From a bacterium (GTDB lineage: Bacteria; Patescibacteriota; Patescibacteriia; UBA1558; GWA2-36-10), in contig JABIAL010000009.1 of NCBI GenBank assembly GCA_018653315.1, positions 1 through 61,049 on the forward strand: a stretch of 61,049 nt of DNA, written 5' to 3'. Positions within the stretch are counted from its first letter, which is position 1. Each line of letters begins with the position of its first letter. The notes below the pieces were generated by a model, which saw nothing but the letters and a program-made list of their open reading frames with translations, was not told the origin of the DNA and ran no database searches. This document shows, in pieces, positions 9,823 to 21,055 of the stretch. The position numbers were made by a program, and so were the translations under genes.

Positions 9823-12243
9823 TTAAACAACAATGCTGATGATTTTATTTTTAATGTGAATATATTTTTTGACCTCTTTACCGTCTAAAGCTTTTATTAT
9901 TTTAGGCAAACTTAGAACTTGCTGTTTTATTTCTTCACTATCTTCAGCATCTATTGCTAAATCTATCGTATCTCTTAATTTACCATTTATTTGAATAGCT
10001 AAAGTTTTATTTTCTGACTTAATGAGTTTTTCATCATACTCTGGCCATTTTTCATGAGTCAAAGTATTTTTATTGCCCAATACACTCCACATTTCTTCTG
10101 CAATATGTGGTGTAAATGGAGCCAAAATTAATACAAAATCATGCCAAGTTTTTTCAGAAATTCTTTCTTGTTTTTCCAAAACTTTGACCAAAATCATTAG
10201 TTGGGAAACAGCCGTATTAAAATGCGTATTCTCAATATCATCACCTACTTTTTTAATCGTCTGGTTCAAAAGCTGAACCGCTTCTTTACCATCATCTGCT
10301 TTAGTTACTTTATTCTTTAATTCCCAAACTCGATTTAAAAATCGATAAATACCAACTACACCTTGATCATCCCAAGTAATCGATTGATCAAAAGGGCCCA
10401 TAAACATTTCATACAAACGAATGGTATCAGCACCATATTTTTCAAAATAAATATCAGGATTTATAACATTGCCCTTTGACTTTGACATCTTGATTCCGCC
10501 TTCACCTAAAATCATACCGTGAGCTGTTCTTTTTTTGTATGGCTCGCTACCAAGTTCTTGCGGCACAGCTTTGATATCGTACAAAAATTTATAAACAAAA
10601 CGAGAATACAAAAGATGTAAAGTTGTATGCTCCATGCCACCATTATACCAATCAACTGGCAACCAATATTTTGCTTTATCAGCATCTACTAAGGCTTGAT
10701 CATTTTTAACATCAGCATAACGTATAAAATACCAATTTGATCCTGCCCAATTTGGCATCACATCTGTTTCTCGTTGAGCTTCTCCTCCACATTTTGGACA
10801 AATAGTGTTTACCCAATCGCTCACTTTTGCTAACGGCGATTGTCCGTCCTCAGTAGGCTGAAAATCTGTAATATCTGGCAATTCAACTGGTAACTGATCT
10901 TCTGGCACTGTTTGCCAACCACATTTCTGACAATTAATCATTGGAATCGGCTCACCCCAATAACGTTGACGAGAAAAAATCCAATCACGTAATTTATAGT
11001 TTGTCGCAAATTTACCTAAACTTTTTTCAGCTAAAAATTCTGTAATTTTTTCTGAGCATTCTTTTGAACTCATTCCATCAAACTCTCCTGAATTTATCAT
11101 TTTACCCTGCTCAATTTCTACAAAAGCTTTTTCTGTAACGTCACTACCTGAAACTACTGGAATAATTGGTAATTCAAATTGTTTAGCAAACTCCCAATCT
11201 CGTTGATCATGTGCTGGTACGGCCATAATAGCTCCGGTGCCATAAGTCATCATAACATAATCAGCTGCAAAAATAGGCAATTTAGCCTGATTTACTGGAT
11301 TTATAACCTCTAAGCCAGCTAATTTAATGCCCGTCTTATCTTTAGATGCGTCTAATCGCTCTATGTCTGTTTTATTTTTAGCTTGTTTTATATAATCCTC
11401 TACTTCAGACCAATTTGTGATTTTATCCTTATATTTCTCTAAGATTTTATGCTCTGGAGCGACAACCATAAAAGTTGCTCCAAACAAAGTGTCTGGTCTA
11501 GTTGTAAAAACTCTTAATTTTTCTGTTTCACCTTGAATCTCAAAATCTACCTCTGCTCCCTGACTACGACCAATCCAATTTATCTGTTGAGTTTTTATTT
11601 GTTCCAAAAAATCTACTTGATCTAAATCATCAATTAAACGATCAGCATATTTAGTAATTCTTAAAATCCATTGCTCTTTTTCTTTTTTGACCACTTCACC
11701 ATCACATCGTTCACAAACTCCATTTACTACTTCTTCATTGGCCAAACCAATCTTACAAGAAGTACACCAATTAATAGTTTCTGCCGTTTTATAAGCTAAA
11801 TCATGTTTGAACATTTGGATAAAAATCCATTGAGTCCATTTGTAATATTCTGGATCAGTAGTAGAAAAAGATCTATTCCAATCAAAACTAAAGCCCGCTT
11901 CTTTAAGCTGTCGAGTAAAAGTAGTAATATTTTCCTGAGTCAGTTCTTGAGGTGGACGATTTTTTTTGATCGCATAATTTTCTGTTGGTAAACCAAAAGA
12001 GTCAAAACCAATTGGATATAAAACTTGTTTGCCTTCCATTCGACGCTTACGACAAATAATATCCATAGCAGTATTAGAACGTAAATGTCCTGTATGTAAA
12101 CCATCACCAGATGGATAAGGAAACTCAATCAAGCCATAAAATTTTTCTTTTTCTAGCTCTTCCGAAGCGGCAAATGTTTGATTCTCCTCCCAAAACTTCT
12201 GCCATTTCTGTTCTATCTTTTGCGGTTGATATTCAGTATTCAT
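9823..12243 (-). CDS. leuS: leucine--tRNA ligase
   Basis: 806 aa. HIGH-type motif PYPSGDGLHTGHL, KMSKS motif (KMSKSKGN), editing-domain-sized insertion, Zn-type CxxC pairs. Confidence 0.97.
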   Translation of the reverse strand: MNTEYQPQKIEQKWQKFWEENQTFAASEELEKEKFYGLIEFPYPSGDGLHTGHLRSNTAMDIICRKRRMEGKQVLYPIGFDSFGLPTENYAIKKNRPPQELTQENITTFTRQLKEAGFSFDWNRSFSTTDPEYYKWTQWIFIQMFKHDLAYKTAETINWCTSCKIGLANEEVVNGVCERCDGEVVKKEKEQWILRITKYADRLIDDLDQVDFLEQIKTQQINWIGRSQGAEVDFEIQGETEKLRVFTTRPDTLFGATFMVVAPEHKILEKYKDKITNWSEVEDYIKQAKNKTDIERLDASKDKTGIKLAGLEVINPVNQAKLPIFAADYVMMTYGTGAIMAVPAHDQRDWEFAKQFELPIIPVVSGSDVTEKAFVEIEQGKMINSGEFDGMSSKECSEKITEFLAEKSLGKFATNYKLRDWIFSRQRYWGEPIPMINCQKCGWQTVPEDQLPVELPDITDFQPTEDGQSPLAKVSDWVNTICPKCGGEAQRETDVMPNWAGSNWYFIRYADVKNDQALVDADKAKYWLPVDWYNGGMEHTTLHLLYSRFVYKFLYDIKAVPQELGSEPYKKRTAHGMILGEGGIKMSKSKGNVINPDIYFEKYGADTIRLYEMFMGPFDQSITWDDQGVVGIYRFLNRVWELKNKVTKADDGKEAVQLLNQTIKKVGDDIENTHFNTAVSQLMILVKVLEKQERISEKTWHDFVLILAPFTPHIAEEMWSVLGNKNTLTHEKWPEYDEKLIKSENKTLAIQINGKLRDTIDLAIDAEDSEEIKQQVLSLPKIIKALDGKEVKKYIHIKNKIISIVV

Positions 12244-12497
12244 AAAATCACAAAAATCAAATAATTATAGGCCAATTTTACCAAAAAATCAGTAAAAAAT
12301 CAACTAAAACCCTAATTATTAATTCTCTTTAGCATTGACAAAAAGCTTTCATTTTGTTATTTTATACTCTATAATATAGTTAAAGCTATCTAAATATTGA
12401 TAATAAATATATTAGTATTTTCATCAAAAAAACACTGACCAAAATAGCCCTCAAAATTATTGATGGAGTTATTACTTTAAAAAAACCATTAGCTATT

Positions 12498-13757
12498 GTG
12501 TTTGGTATTTTAGGTATCATTATAATAAAACCTGCCAAATTTTTCTTTTGGCCAATTGTTTTGCCAATATACAGAATGTTCCTTAAAAGCAAGTCACACT
12601 ATAAAAATCTATTACGCAACAAAATAAACTATCTACCTTTTATTAAAAAATATTTACCTGGCCTAACCATTGTAATTATTATTTTTGTGGTCAGCGCTAA
12701 TAGTATTTTTGCTAAAACATATGATGTTGATGAATATGCTAGTAAAAGTCTGTTACCTAGTCTAATTACGCGTTCTGATGAAGGCTGGAGCGAATTAATA
12801 GAAGAAACAGCCACTATTACTGATGCCAGCCCTATTGCTCGGAATTACGTAGAAGAACAAGGAGCTCTTCAAGAAATTGTAATAGCTACTCCTTTTGCTG
12901 CTGATGTAATAGATACTGACCTGCCTCTAGATGATCCAAGCTTAGTATTATTAAGTCTAGACAATGCCGAAACTGAAAAAGAAACAAAACAAATTATTCG
13001 TTCAGAAATTGTGACTTATACTGTTCAAGCTGGAGATGTCTTGGGTAAAATCGCTGAAGAATTTGGCATCTCAGTTAATACTTTGTTATGGGAAAATAAA
13101 CTAACTTGGCGTAGCACCATTCGTCCGGGACAAAAATTAAATATCTTACCAAACTCTGGTATTAATCATGAAGTAAAATCTGGTGATACTGTTTTGGGTA
13201 TTGCCAAAAAATATCAGACTGAAGCTAAAAAAATTATTGCTAATAATAAACTAGCTAACGCCTCAGATATTAAAATTGGTGATTTATTATTTATTCCTGA
13301 TGGCATTAAACCAACTCAAGTTACCTCTTCATATAAACCAAAAACTGTTGCTTCTGTTTATAGCAATGACACTGTAGCACCTGCTAGTAATGATATTGGC
13401 ACTAAATTATTATGGCCAGTTAATAGTCATCGTATTACTCAATATTATCACTGGGGGCATTCTGGCTTAGATGTTGGTGATAAGACCGGAAGCCCTATCT
13501 ATGCCTCTGAAGCTGGCAAAGTAGAAAGATCTGGCTGGTCACGTGGCTATGGCTATAATGTAGTTATTAACCATGGTAATGGCATGAAAACCCTGTATGC
13601 TCATGCTAGTAGCCTATTAGTCAAAACCGGTGAATCAGTCAGCCGTGGACAAACTATTGCCTTAATCGGCTCTACTGGTTGGTCAACTGGTCCTCATATT
13701 CATTTTGAAGTACGAATCAATGAAGTTAGAAAAAACCCTTTGAATTATATTCGATAA
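12498..13757 (+). CDS. LysM-repeat M23 family peptidoglycan endopeptidase
   Basis: Two LysM-like repeats (YTVQAGDVLGKIAEEFGISVNTLLWENKL; HEVKSGDTVLGIAKKYQ). M23 motifs HSGLDVG and GPHIHFEV. The track start is GTG; an ATG at 12576 is an alternative start. Confidence 0.85.
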   Translation: MFGILGIIIIKPAKFFFWPIVLPIYRMFLKSKSHYKNLLRNKINYLPFIKKYLPGLTIVIIIFVVSANSIFAKTYDVDEYASKSLLPSLITRSDEGWSELIEETATITDASPIARNYVEEQGALQEIVIATPFAADVIDTDLPLDDPSLVLLSLDNAETEKETKQIIRSEIVTYTVQAGDVLGKIAEEFGISVNTLLWENKLTWRSTIRPGQKLNILPNSGINHEVKSGDTVLGIAKKYQTEAKKIIANNKLANASDIKIGDLLFIPDGIKPTQVTSSYKPKTVASVYSNDTVAPASNDIGTKLLWPVNSHRITQYYHWGHSGLDVGDKTGSPIYASEAGKVERSGWSRGYGYNVVINHGNGMKTLYAHASSLLVKTGESVSRGQTIALIGSTGWSTGPHIHFEVRINEVRKNPLNYIR

Positions 13758-13770
13758 AATATCCCAAACT

Positions 13771-13801
13771 AAAAACACCTCGCAAATGCGAGGTGTTTTT
13801 T
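13771..13801. terminator. bidirectional intrinsic terminator between convergent genes
   Basis: A-run, stem CACCTCGC (13776-83), loop AAAT, stem GCGAGGTG (13788-95), then T-run 13796-13801. Confidence 0.75.
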
Positions 13802-13818
13802 AAGTATATTAATTTAAA

Positions 13819-15498
13819 TTATTCTTCCCAAATTTGCGGCAACCAAGTATAGCCAGTGCCTTTTAATATTTGATGATCTTCATCAACGCAAGCTGCTCCT
13901 AAAAAATAAACATCGCCATCGCTAGTTATTAATCCTTGCCTAATTGCCGATTCACCCTGCTCAAAATCACAGACACTATCCTCGTTAGGCCACATAATAA
14001 ACATACCAAATGGATAATAAGAGTTTAACTTTATACCTCCAATTCCACCGTCTCCACCGTCTCCACCATATTGACTAAAAAGATTATTATAACTATCTAT
14101 AAAATCTACATGCTCCTTTACATGCATCATTGTACTCAGGCCAACGTTACCAACTTGATCTGAAATGTTCATTTCACTAAAAAATCCATCACTTAAAGGA
14201 AAACTATCAGATGAGCCTAACTTGCCCTCTAAACTTGGGACATCAAAAAAATTAAACTTAATAAAAGAAGTATCATCATGTTTAATTAAATAAGATAAAT
14301 TATCTAAAATTACTTGGCCTGTTTCGTTAGCAATGATCTCTGAGGCATTTAACAAACCATCTCCTAATGGATTATAACCATTATTAACTTCCTCGCCATC
14401 TAAATATCCGTCACTGTCAGTATCTGGATTATTTGGATCTGTTTGGTAAAGATTAATTTCATTTTTATCAGACAAACCATCATTATCTGAATCCACTAGA
14501 GACTCTGCACATTCACTTTTTTTACAACCAGTATGATCACATTGAACATCTGGAAAAACAGAATGATAAGCACAATAATCCCAATAACCAGTAATAAAAT
14601 CACTGCTAAAAACATCACTCCACAAGTACTCTCCTGCAAGTTCTGGCCAAACTGTTTCTAAACTAGTGCATACTGAATTTCCAGTTATAGGCTTACTTAT
14701 AACTTCTTCGTCGTCAAGACATATTATCATTGTTGGAATTAATTGAGACAATTTAGCTTGATTATGCGCAACTAAATAATCATTGCTATTATTATGCTCT
14801 GGTCTAAAATCATCATCTATTTTTACACTATTAAAAAAAGTTCGTGCAATATTTATTACAACTGTTTCGTCATCACTATAGCCACTTAAAATCAAAAATA
14901 TTATACCCTTCTCCAATTCTGCATAACTTAAATAAACACCTTCCTCTCCATTATACACTAAATGAATATCTTCCTGTCCGATAATTGCACCACTATCATC
15001 GAAAGATTTTGTTATTATACTATCAAATTCTTCTATATTATCTAAATAAACTAAATGAACTGCTAAATCTTTTTCCTGATCACTGATGAGCTCAATGGTG
15101 GTCTTAGACAAAGAATCAAAAATAAAATTTTCTGGATAATAAAAAGATAACTCAAATCTTAGATCCCTATTATCCACTTCAGCTAACTTACTATCAAATA
15201 ATTGATAACCTTCCGGAATATCCAGTGAAATATCCTCTACCTCTTCTCTGGGGCAACAATCATCAATCGCAACTAAAGTAATTCGATTATAAAGCCACCA
15301 ACCACCAACACCAAGTAAAATTAAAAGTGCCACTAAAATTATCCAAAGCCATAATTTAGATTTCTTCTTCGGTGGTATTGTGTCTGGCGCTATTACCTGC
15401 GGTGGCGTTTGTTGTTGAACTGAAACTGGCGTTAATTGATTCGGCAGTGTTTGTTCTGTAATAGGTTGAACCACTTGATTATTTCGTTGCTCTTCCAT
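13819..15498 (-). CDS. membrane-anchored protein, Pro/Gln-rich N-terminus, thrombospondin-type-3-like repeats (paralogue 1 of 3)
   Basis: 559 aa. [25 protein letters not shown] anchor and [48 protein letters not shown]. Confidence 0.75.
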   Translation of the reverse strand: MEEQRNNQVVQPITEQTLPNQLTPVSVQQQTPPQVIAPDTIPPKKKSKLWLWIILVALLILLGVGGWWLYNRITLVAIDDCCPREEVEDISLDIPEGYQLFDSKLAEVDNRDLRFELSFYYPENFIFDSLSKTTIELISDQEKDLAVHLVYLDNIEEFDSIITKSFDDSGAIIGQEDIHLVYNGEEGVYLSYAELEKGIIFLILSGYSDDETVVINIARTFFNSVKIDDDFRPEHNNSNDYLVAHNQAKLSQLIPTMIICLDDEEVISKPITGNSVCTSLETVWPELAGEYLWSDVFSSDFITGYWDYCAYHSVFPDVQCDHTGCKKSECAESLVDSDNDGLSDKNEINLYQTDPNNPDTDSDGYLDGEEVNNGYNPLGDGLLNASEIIANETGQVILDNLSYLIKHDDTSFIKFNFFDVPSLEGKLGSSDSFPLSDGFFSEMNISDQVGNVGLSTMMHVKEHVDFIDSYNNLFSQYGGDGGDGGIGGIKLNSYYPFGMFIMWPNEDSVCDFEQGESAIRQGLITSDGDVYFLGAACVDEDHQILKGTGYTWLPQIWEE

Positions 15499-15507
15499 AT
15501 TTTTATT

Positions 15508-17160
15508 CTATATTTCTAATAATCCATCACCAAGTGGATTATAACCATTATTAACTTCCTCACCATCTAAATAGCCATCTCCGTCAGTATCTGGATTATT
15601 TGGATCAGTACCAAATAACAATTCTTCTTGATGAGTTAAACCATCATTATCTATATCTAATAAAGTAACCGGATCTTCAATACATCCCTCTGTCACATCA
15701 CATTCTGTCTCTATATTTTCTTGACAATTCTCGTAAGAACAAGAGCTTGGGCCGCAGGTCATACCAATCATCTCATCGTTATAATAACAAACTTCATAAT
15801 TACTCGTGATACTATCAGAGTAAAAATGCTCACTCCATTGATACCCAGTTGGTAAAACAGGCCAAGTAACTTCTAGACCATCGCATATCTGCATCCCCGC
15901 CTGTGGCATCATCAATTCTTTACTAACTTGAAAACAAGCATCTATGTCTATTCTCATTTGCTCGACTGGACCTGTGACATAGTCATCCGGAGGAATCCCT
16001 AGCATATAATTACTTATCATTTCTTGCAATTCTTCAATACTTAACGCATTTTCTGGCGCAATGATTGTAAGAGCTGCGATATTTTCCATCATCTGAGAAA
16101 TGCTAAAGCTAACATCATAGATAGCTTGACCGTCTTGCTTCATTTCAAAATCTTGAATGCTTAATTCAAAACCAAAAATATAACTGGTCTCTGTGTTAAG
16201 CCAAAAACTAAATTGAATACTAGATAAAAAATCTTGTAAATTTAACCAATTCTCTGCTTTTGTTTCTTTGAATTCATTAAAACCTTGCTTAGCTTCTTCA
16301 ATTTTATTTGGCTCAACAAAACTATCTAAACCAGCCATAATAAAATCTTCAACTCGATCTCGCTTTAAGCTAAAATTTATTTTCTTTAACTTATCTTCCC
16401 CTGAAATTTTACTTTCATGCGGATCACTCAAGCCCAACAAGCCTTGATCTTTAGCTGTTAATAAAAAATTATTAAATTTAATATTTAAACCTTTTAAATG
16501 GTTCTGATATTCACTAGCGTCTATCGTGGGATATAGAGCATTTTCTTCCAAAGAGCTCTGGTCAATCGCTATCCAGGTGTCACTCAAGTCAAAGGGTATA
16601 AACTCGCTAAGCTCTGATGGTAAAGAAAACTGTAGATAAACTACATCGTCAACTTTTTTATACTTAATAGCAGCCGTAACATCCTGTTTATTAAAATTAA
16701 CAGCTAAATCAGTTTGACCGTCAAGTTGATCACCAGATACGGCATTATAGCCATTCATTGCATATACAATGTTGAATCCTTGCCTTGTTCCAAGCAACTC
16801 CCTTTGCGCTTCTGGCTCAATGTCAACAATAGATAAATCAACAATAGATAAATCAACGTCATAGGTCATTTTATAATTATCACTCAACTCACCCCATTTC
16901 CACTCCATATCTTTGACCAATAACATTGCCTGACCCTTTGCATAATAAAACCAACCACCAACACCAACTAAAACTAAAATAATAACCAAAATAATCCAAA
17001 GCCATAATTTAGATTTCTTCTTCGGCTCTGTCGGCATTGGTTGTTGTTGCACCTGCGCCGGCTCTGCTTGAATCGGAGATGTTTGACTTGGCTGTAATGG
17101 AGCCACTGGTACTTGTTCTAGATTGGGCTGAACTGGTTGATTGTTTTGTTGTAATTCCAT
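15508..17160 (-). CDS. membrane-anchored protein, Pro/Gln-rich N-terminus, thrombospondin-type-3-like repeats (paralogue 2 of 3)
   Basis: 550 aa. The same [14 protein letters not shown] anchor and C-terminal [47 protein letters not shown]. Confidence 0.75.
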   Translation of the reverse strand: MELQQNNQPVQPNLEQVPVAPLQPSQTSPIQAEPAQVQQQPMPTEPKKKSKLWLWIILVIILVLVGVGGWFYYAKGQAMLLVKDMEWKWGELSDNYKMTYDVDLSIVDLSIVDIEPEAQRELLGTRQGFNIVYAMNGYNAVSGDQLDGQTDLAVNFNKQDVTAAIKYKKVDDVVYLQFSLPSELSEFIPFDLSDTWIAIDQSSLEENALYPTIDASEYQNHLKGLNIKFNNFLLTAKDQGLLGLSDPHESKISGEDKLKKINFSLKRDRVEDFIMAGLDSFVEPNKIEEAKQGFNEFKETKAENWLNLQDFLSSIQFSFWLNTETSYIFGFELSIQDFEMKQDGQAIYDVSFSISQMMENIAALTIIAPENALSIEELQEMISNYMLGIPPDDYVTGPVEQMRIDIDACFQVSKELMMPQAGMQICDGLEVTWPVLPTGYQWSEHFYSDSITSNYEVCYYNDEMIGMTCGPSSCSYENCQENIETECDVTEGCIEDPVTLLDIDNDGLTHQEELLFGTDPNNPDTDGDGYLDGEEVNNGYNPLGDGLLEI

Positions 17161-17164
17161 ATTT

Positions 17165-18538
17165 TTATTCTAAAATTTTATACTCTTCACTTATTTTAAT
17201 CATTTTCATAGTATCTTGTTGAAAAAACTCATCATTAAGCAAGGTCTGCACTTCTAATTCTAAAATATCTGACGTTACTCCTTCAACTGATGAAATAATT
17301 TCAAAAGAAACTGTTTTATTTTCAAAATAAATTTGCATAAATTCAATCAAGCTAGCTCCATCATCTACTGCCATTTGGTAATCCGGATTGTCTTCTGCTA
17401 AAGTTGTTACTAACAAATCAACATCACTAGTATTAAAAGCCTCGGCAAAGACTAATAAAGTCTCTTCTGGTGTAGCTAGAGAATTTATTGGTAAATCTGG
17501 CGGTGGTTCTATGGGTACTAACCCCTCGAGCAATCCTTCACCAAGTGGATCATAGCCATTGCTTATTTCCTCACCATCCAAATAACCATCACCATCAGTA
17601 TCTGGATTATTTGGGTCAGTCCCCCAAGCTAACTCATCATCATCGGTCAAACCATCACCGTCGGTATCAATTATTTCTATAATCACTTCTTCTGTATTAT
17701 CAACTGAATAAATTTGAATACTATTAAATAAAATTCCCACTTCTTCTGCTAAATTTTGTTTAGTGATTATTTTTTCTTCCTCTGCAAGATCACCATACTG
17801 ATGATTTGTTGCGGCTTGAAATTGAAAAATCATATCGGAAACAACTTTATAACCAAAATATTTATATTTAATATTATCATCCCAACCCAATAAAACATAA
17901 TTTCCACTATCCGCCTGAAAGATATCAAAAGATACATTATCGCCATCCATGTCTTCATCAAGGGTGTTTATGTAGCTTTCAATATCTTGTTCATCACTAA
18001 ATGATTTAAGACAGATATTTTCAACTGAATCAGGCTCACCCTCCTCTATAATTACTCCTTCCTCTGTTTTACCTAGACAAAATAAATATGATTCTCCTCT
18101 TACTTCAGATTTGATATAATCAAATCTTTCTGGATAATAAAATGAAATATCAAATACAAACTCTTCACCATCCGCTTGTAACTTACTATCAAATAAAACA
18201 TAGCCCTCGGGAATCAAAACATCATCATCCGACACTACTATTTCTTCCTCTGTATCTATATTTTCTTCTACTGGTACTATTTCAACTGGCGGTGTATCAG
18301 AATCTTTATTTTTCATAAAAAAATACCAATACAATACTCCAGCTATGGCAATTATTAACACTGCTAAAATAATCCACTGCCAAATAGGTGTTTTACTTTC
18401 TATATCGTCTGTCTTTATCGCTGAGGTAGTTACTTTTCCTAGATCAACCTGCGCTACTTGATTTGCTATTTCATCAACCTGACTATCGTTCATGGTATTA
18501 TTGTCCTCTTTGGGTACATTTTTATTTTCTTGTTCCAT
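17165..18538 (-). CDS. membrane-anchored protein with thrombospondin-type-3-like repeats (paralogue 3 of 3)
   Basis: 457 aa. TM segment [22 protein letters not shown] and [47 protein letters not shown]. Confidence 0.75.
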   Translation of the reverse strand: MEQENKNVPKEDNNTMNDSQVDEIANQVAQVDLGKVTTSAIKTDDIESKTPIWQWIILAVLIIAIAGVLYWYFFMKNKDSDTPPVEIVPVEENIDTEEEIVVSDDDVLIPEGYVLFDSKLQADGEEFVFDISFYYPERFDYIKSEVRGESYLFCLGKTEEGVIIEEGEPDSVENICLKSFSDEQDIESYINTLDEDMDGDNVSFDIFQADSGNYVLLGWDDNIKYKYFGYKVVSDMIFQFQAATNHQYGDLAEEEKIITKQNLAEEVGILFNSIQIYSVDNTEEVIIEIIDTDGDGLTDDDELAWGTDPNNPDTDGDGYLDGEEISNGYDPLGEGLLEGLVPIEPPPDLPINSLATPEETLLVFAEAFNTSDVDLLVTTLAEDNPDYQMAVDDGASLIEFMQIYFENKTVSFEIISSVEGVTSDILELEVQTLLNDEFFQQDTMKMIKISEEYKILE

Positions 18539-18539
18539 A

Positions 18540-19493
18540 CTATCCTCTTAATGCTAAATAAACTATATAGGCCACATACAGCCCCAGCATTACAACACCT
18601 TGCCAGCGTTGTAAAATATTCTTCTTACCAACAAACATAAATAAAAACAAAATAACTGTGGCAATACCCATGACATAAATATCTATATTCAGAGTAGTGT
18701 TAAAGAATAAAGGCTTAACTAAGGAGCTCAAACCTAATATCCAAAAAATATTAAAAACATTTGAACCAATAATATTACCAATAGCGATATCTGAATTATG
18801 TTTCCAAGCAGCCACAGCAGTTGCTGCTAATTCTGGCAAAGAAGTACCTATAGCAATAATGGTTAAACCAATTAACCTTTCAGACATGCCAAAAAATTGT
18901 GCGATCACTATTGCTCCATCAACAATCCATTTACCGCCAAAGGCCAAGGCTAACATACCAGCTATAACCATCAAAATAGACATCCATGTTTTGTGTTTTT
19001 TTACATCCTCACCCTCACCCTCTACTTTACTGATACCAAAGGTATAATAAAGAAAAATAACAAAAAACAATAACAAAATACCACCATCTATTCTGCTTAA
19101 TAAGCTTAAGCCGCCAGCATCTATTAATCTATCATTGATCAACAGCCATAAAGCAACAATTGCTAGTAAATTAAAAGGTATTTCTTTCCAAATCGTACCT
19201 TTTTTTATAGCCAAAGGATAAATAACAGCTGCTATCCCTAAAATTAACAAAACATTAGAAATATTCGAACCAATAATATTACCAATAGCTAAATCCGCAC
19301 TCCCCTGAAAAGAAGCTATTAGGTTAACTATTAATTCTGGTGCCGAAGTACCAAAAGAAACCACTGTTAAACCAATCATTAAATCTGATACTCGCAAGCG
19401 TTTAGCAATAGAAGAAGCGCCAATAACCAGCCAATCTGCACCCTTGATTAGAAAATAAAAACCAACTAAAAATAGAGACAAAGTTATATACAT
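18540..19493 (-). CDS. Ca2+/Na+ antiporter (CaCA family, YrbG-like)
   Basis: 317 aa. Duplicated alpha-repeat motifs FGTSAPELIVN / GNIIGSNISN and IGTSLPELAAT / GNIIGSNVFN. Confidence 0.85.
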   Translation of the reverse strand: MYITLSLFLVGFYFLIKGADWLVIGASSIAKRLRVSDLMIGLTVVSFGTSAPELIVNLIASFQGSADLAIGNIIGSNISNVLLILGIAAVIYPLAIKKGTIWKEIPFNLLAIVALWLLINDRLIDAGGLSLLSRIDGGILLLFFVIFLYYTFGISKVEGEGEDVKKHKTWMSILMVIAGMLALAFGGKWIVDGAIVIAQFFGMSERLIGLTIIAIGTSLPELAATAVAAWKHNSDIAIGNIIGSNVFNIFWILGLSSLVKPLFFNTTLNIDIYVMGIATVILFLFMFVGKKNILQRWQGVVMLGLYVAYIVYLALRG

Positions 19494-19588
19494 ATTGAAT
19501 ATATTATACCATAAATAAAAACAATCTACGAATTAAAAAACAACCCAGCGGATTGTTTTTTAATTTTTTATTTATTGGTAACAACAAA

Positions 19589-20896
19589 CTATTCCTCTGT
19601 CGTAACTTCTTTACTTACTGCCTTCTCAAATAAAATTGCTCCTAAAACTGTCACTAAAATTACTGCTAATAAAGCAGCTGAAGCCATAGTTTCATCTAAA
19701 GCATGATTAGCCAAAGCTACTGCTACAAAAACTAAACCAACTTCACCACGGATAGACATAGCAAAACCGACCAACTTTCCTTCTTCTTTATTTTTAAATA
19801 AATATTTGACGATATACTTGCCATAGAAACCAACAACTGTGAATAAAATAGCCCATAACCATACTTTCCAATTAATTAAAGCCGCTCTTGGTAACATGGT
19901 ACCAATACTGACTAAAAAACCACCAACAAAAATATGCATATAGCCTTCGATTTTTTCCCAAGCACTATGCTTGATTTCATTATCTACTTTAGATAATACA
20001 ACGCCAATGCCAAAAGCCCCTAATACTGGTTCTAGACCTAAAACCGCAGCTATTGAGGCACCTAACATCAACATACCAAAAAAGAAACGAGTAAAAATAC
20101 CGGTGCTATTCTGAGAATAATGTTTATTTAAATATTTTACTATTTTATCTGCTACCCCCATTTGCCATAAAACATAAGTACCAACTAAAAACACTATTAC
20201 GCCAATTGCTAACGCCAAATATGGATTCATAACCGCTGCCTCCTCTACTCCATGAGTTGACCCTGCAGATGAAACTTTAGCTAATACAGTCAAAATAATA
20301 ACTCCTAAAATATCATCTATAACTGCCGCGCCAACAATTTGGTTGCCCAAACTTGTCTCTAACTTACCAGCACGTTTTAAAGCTTCCACAGACAAGCCAA
20401 CTGAAGTAGCCGTAAAAATACCGCCCAAGAAAATACTAGCTATCAATGGCAAATGAATAACATAATATCCCAAAGCTGTAAAAGTCACTAATGGAATCAA
20501 AACACCAACAACAGCTACCATTGTAGCAATGCCAATATTTTTCTTTAAAAGATTCATATCAAAATGTAAACCAGCTTCAAACAAGATAAATAACACACCA
20601 GCTAAACGAGCAAACTCTACTCCTTCAGCATAAGGGTCTAAAACTCCCAACAATGCCGGCCCAGCAATAATACCCATGATAATTTTACCAGCCATCGGAG
20701 CAATATTAATCGCTTTAGCTAAACGACCACCAAAAGAAGCAAATAAAGCCAAGAAAGAAATGTCAATCAACATCGGCATATAATGATTAATATCATGATG
20801 ATGACTAAGCATTAACTTACCTTTGATAAAATACAAAATCGCAGCAACTACTGCAATCTCTAGTGCAAACAAAAGTAATGATTTGAACTTTTTCAT
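19589..20896 (-). CDS. monovalent cation:proton antiporter (CPA-type)
   Basis: 435 aa multi-pass membrane protein with Kef/NapA-like layout. Called from general resemblance only. Confidence 0.7.
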   Translation of the reverse strand: MKKFKSLLLFALEIAVVAAILYFIKGKLMLSHHHDINHYMPMLIDISFLALFASFGGRLAKAINIAPMAGKIIMGIIAGPALLGVLDPYAEGVEFARLAGVLFILFEAGLHFDMNLLKKNIGIATMVAVVGVLIPLVTFTALGYYVIHLPLIASIFLGGIFTATSVGLSVEALKRAGKLETSLGNQIVGAAVIDDILGVIILTVLAKVSSAGSTHGVEEAAVMNPYLALAIGVIVFLVGTYVLWQMGVADKIVKYLNKHYSQNSTGIFTRFFFGMLMLGASIAAVLGLEPVLGAFGIGVVLSKVDNEIKHSAWEKIEGYMHIFVGGFLVSIGTMLPRAALINWKVWLWAILFTVVGFYGKYIVKYLFKNKEEGKLVGFAMSIRGEVGLVFVAVALANHALDETMASAALLAVILVTVLGAILFEKAVSKEVTTEE

Positions 20897-21004
20897 AAAA
20901 ATTTATGATTTTTTAAATTATATACGCCAGAGGCGTAGTAAACAAATAATAAGAACGGTAAAATTATAACTTATCTAAATAAAAAATTCAAGACCACCGT
21001 ATAA

Positions 21005-21032
21005 AACAAAAAATCCGCTCTAAGAACGGATT
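21005..21032 (-). terminator. intrinsic terminator ending the pilin/signalling gene string
   Basis: Minus strand reads AATCCG-TTCTTAGAG-CGGATT followed by TTTTTG, 24 nt after the stop at 21056. Confidence 0.6.
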
Positions 21033-21055
21033 TAAAAAAATATACAGACTATAAG

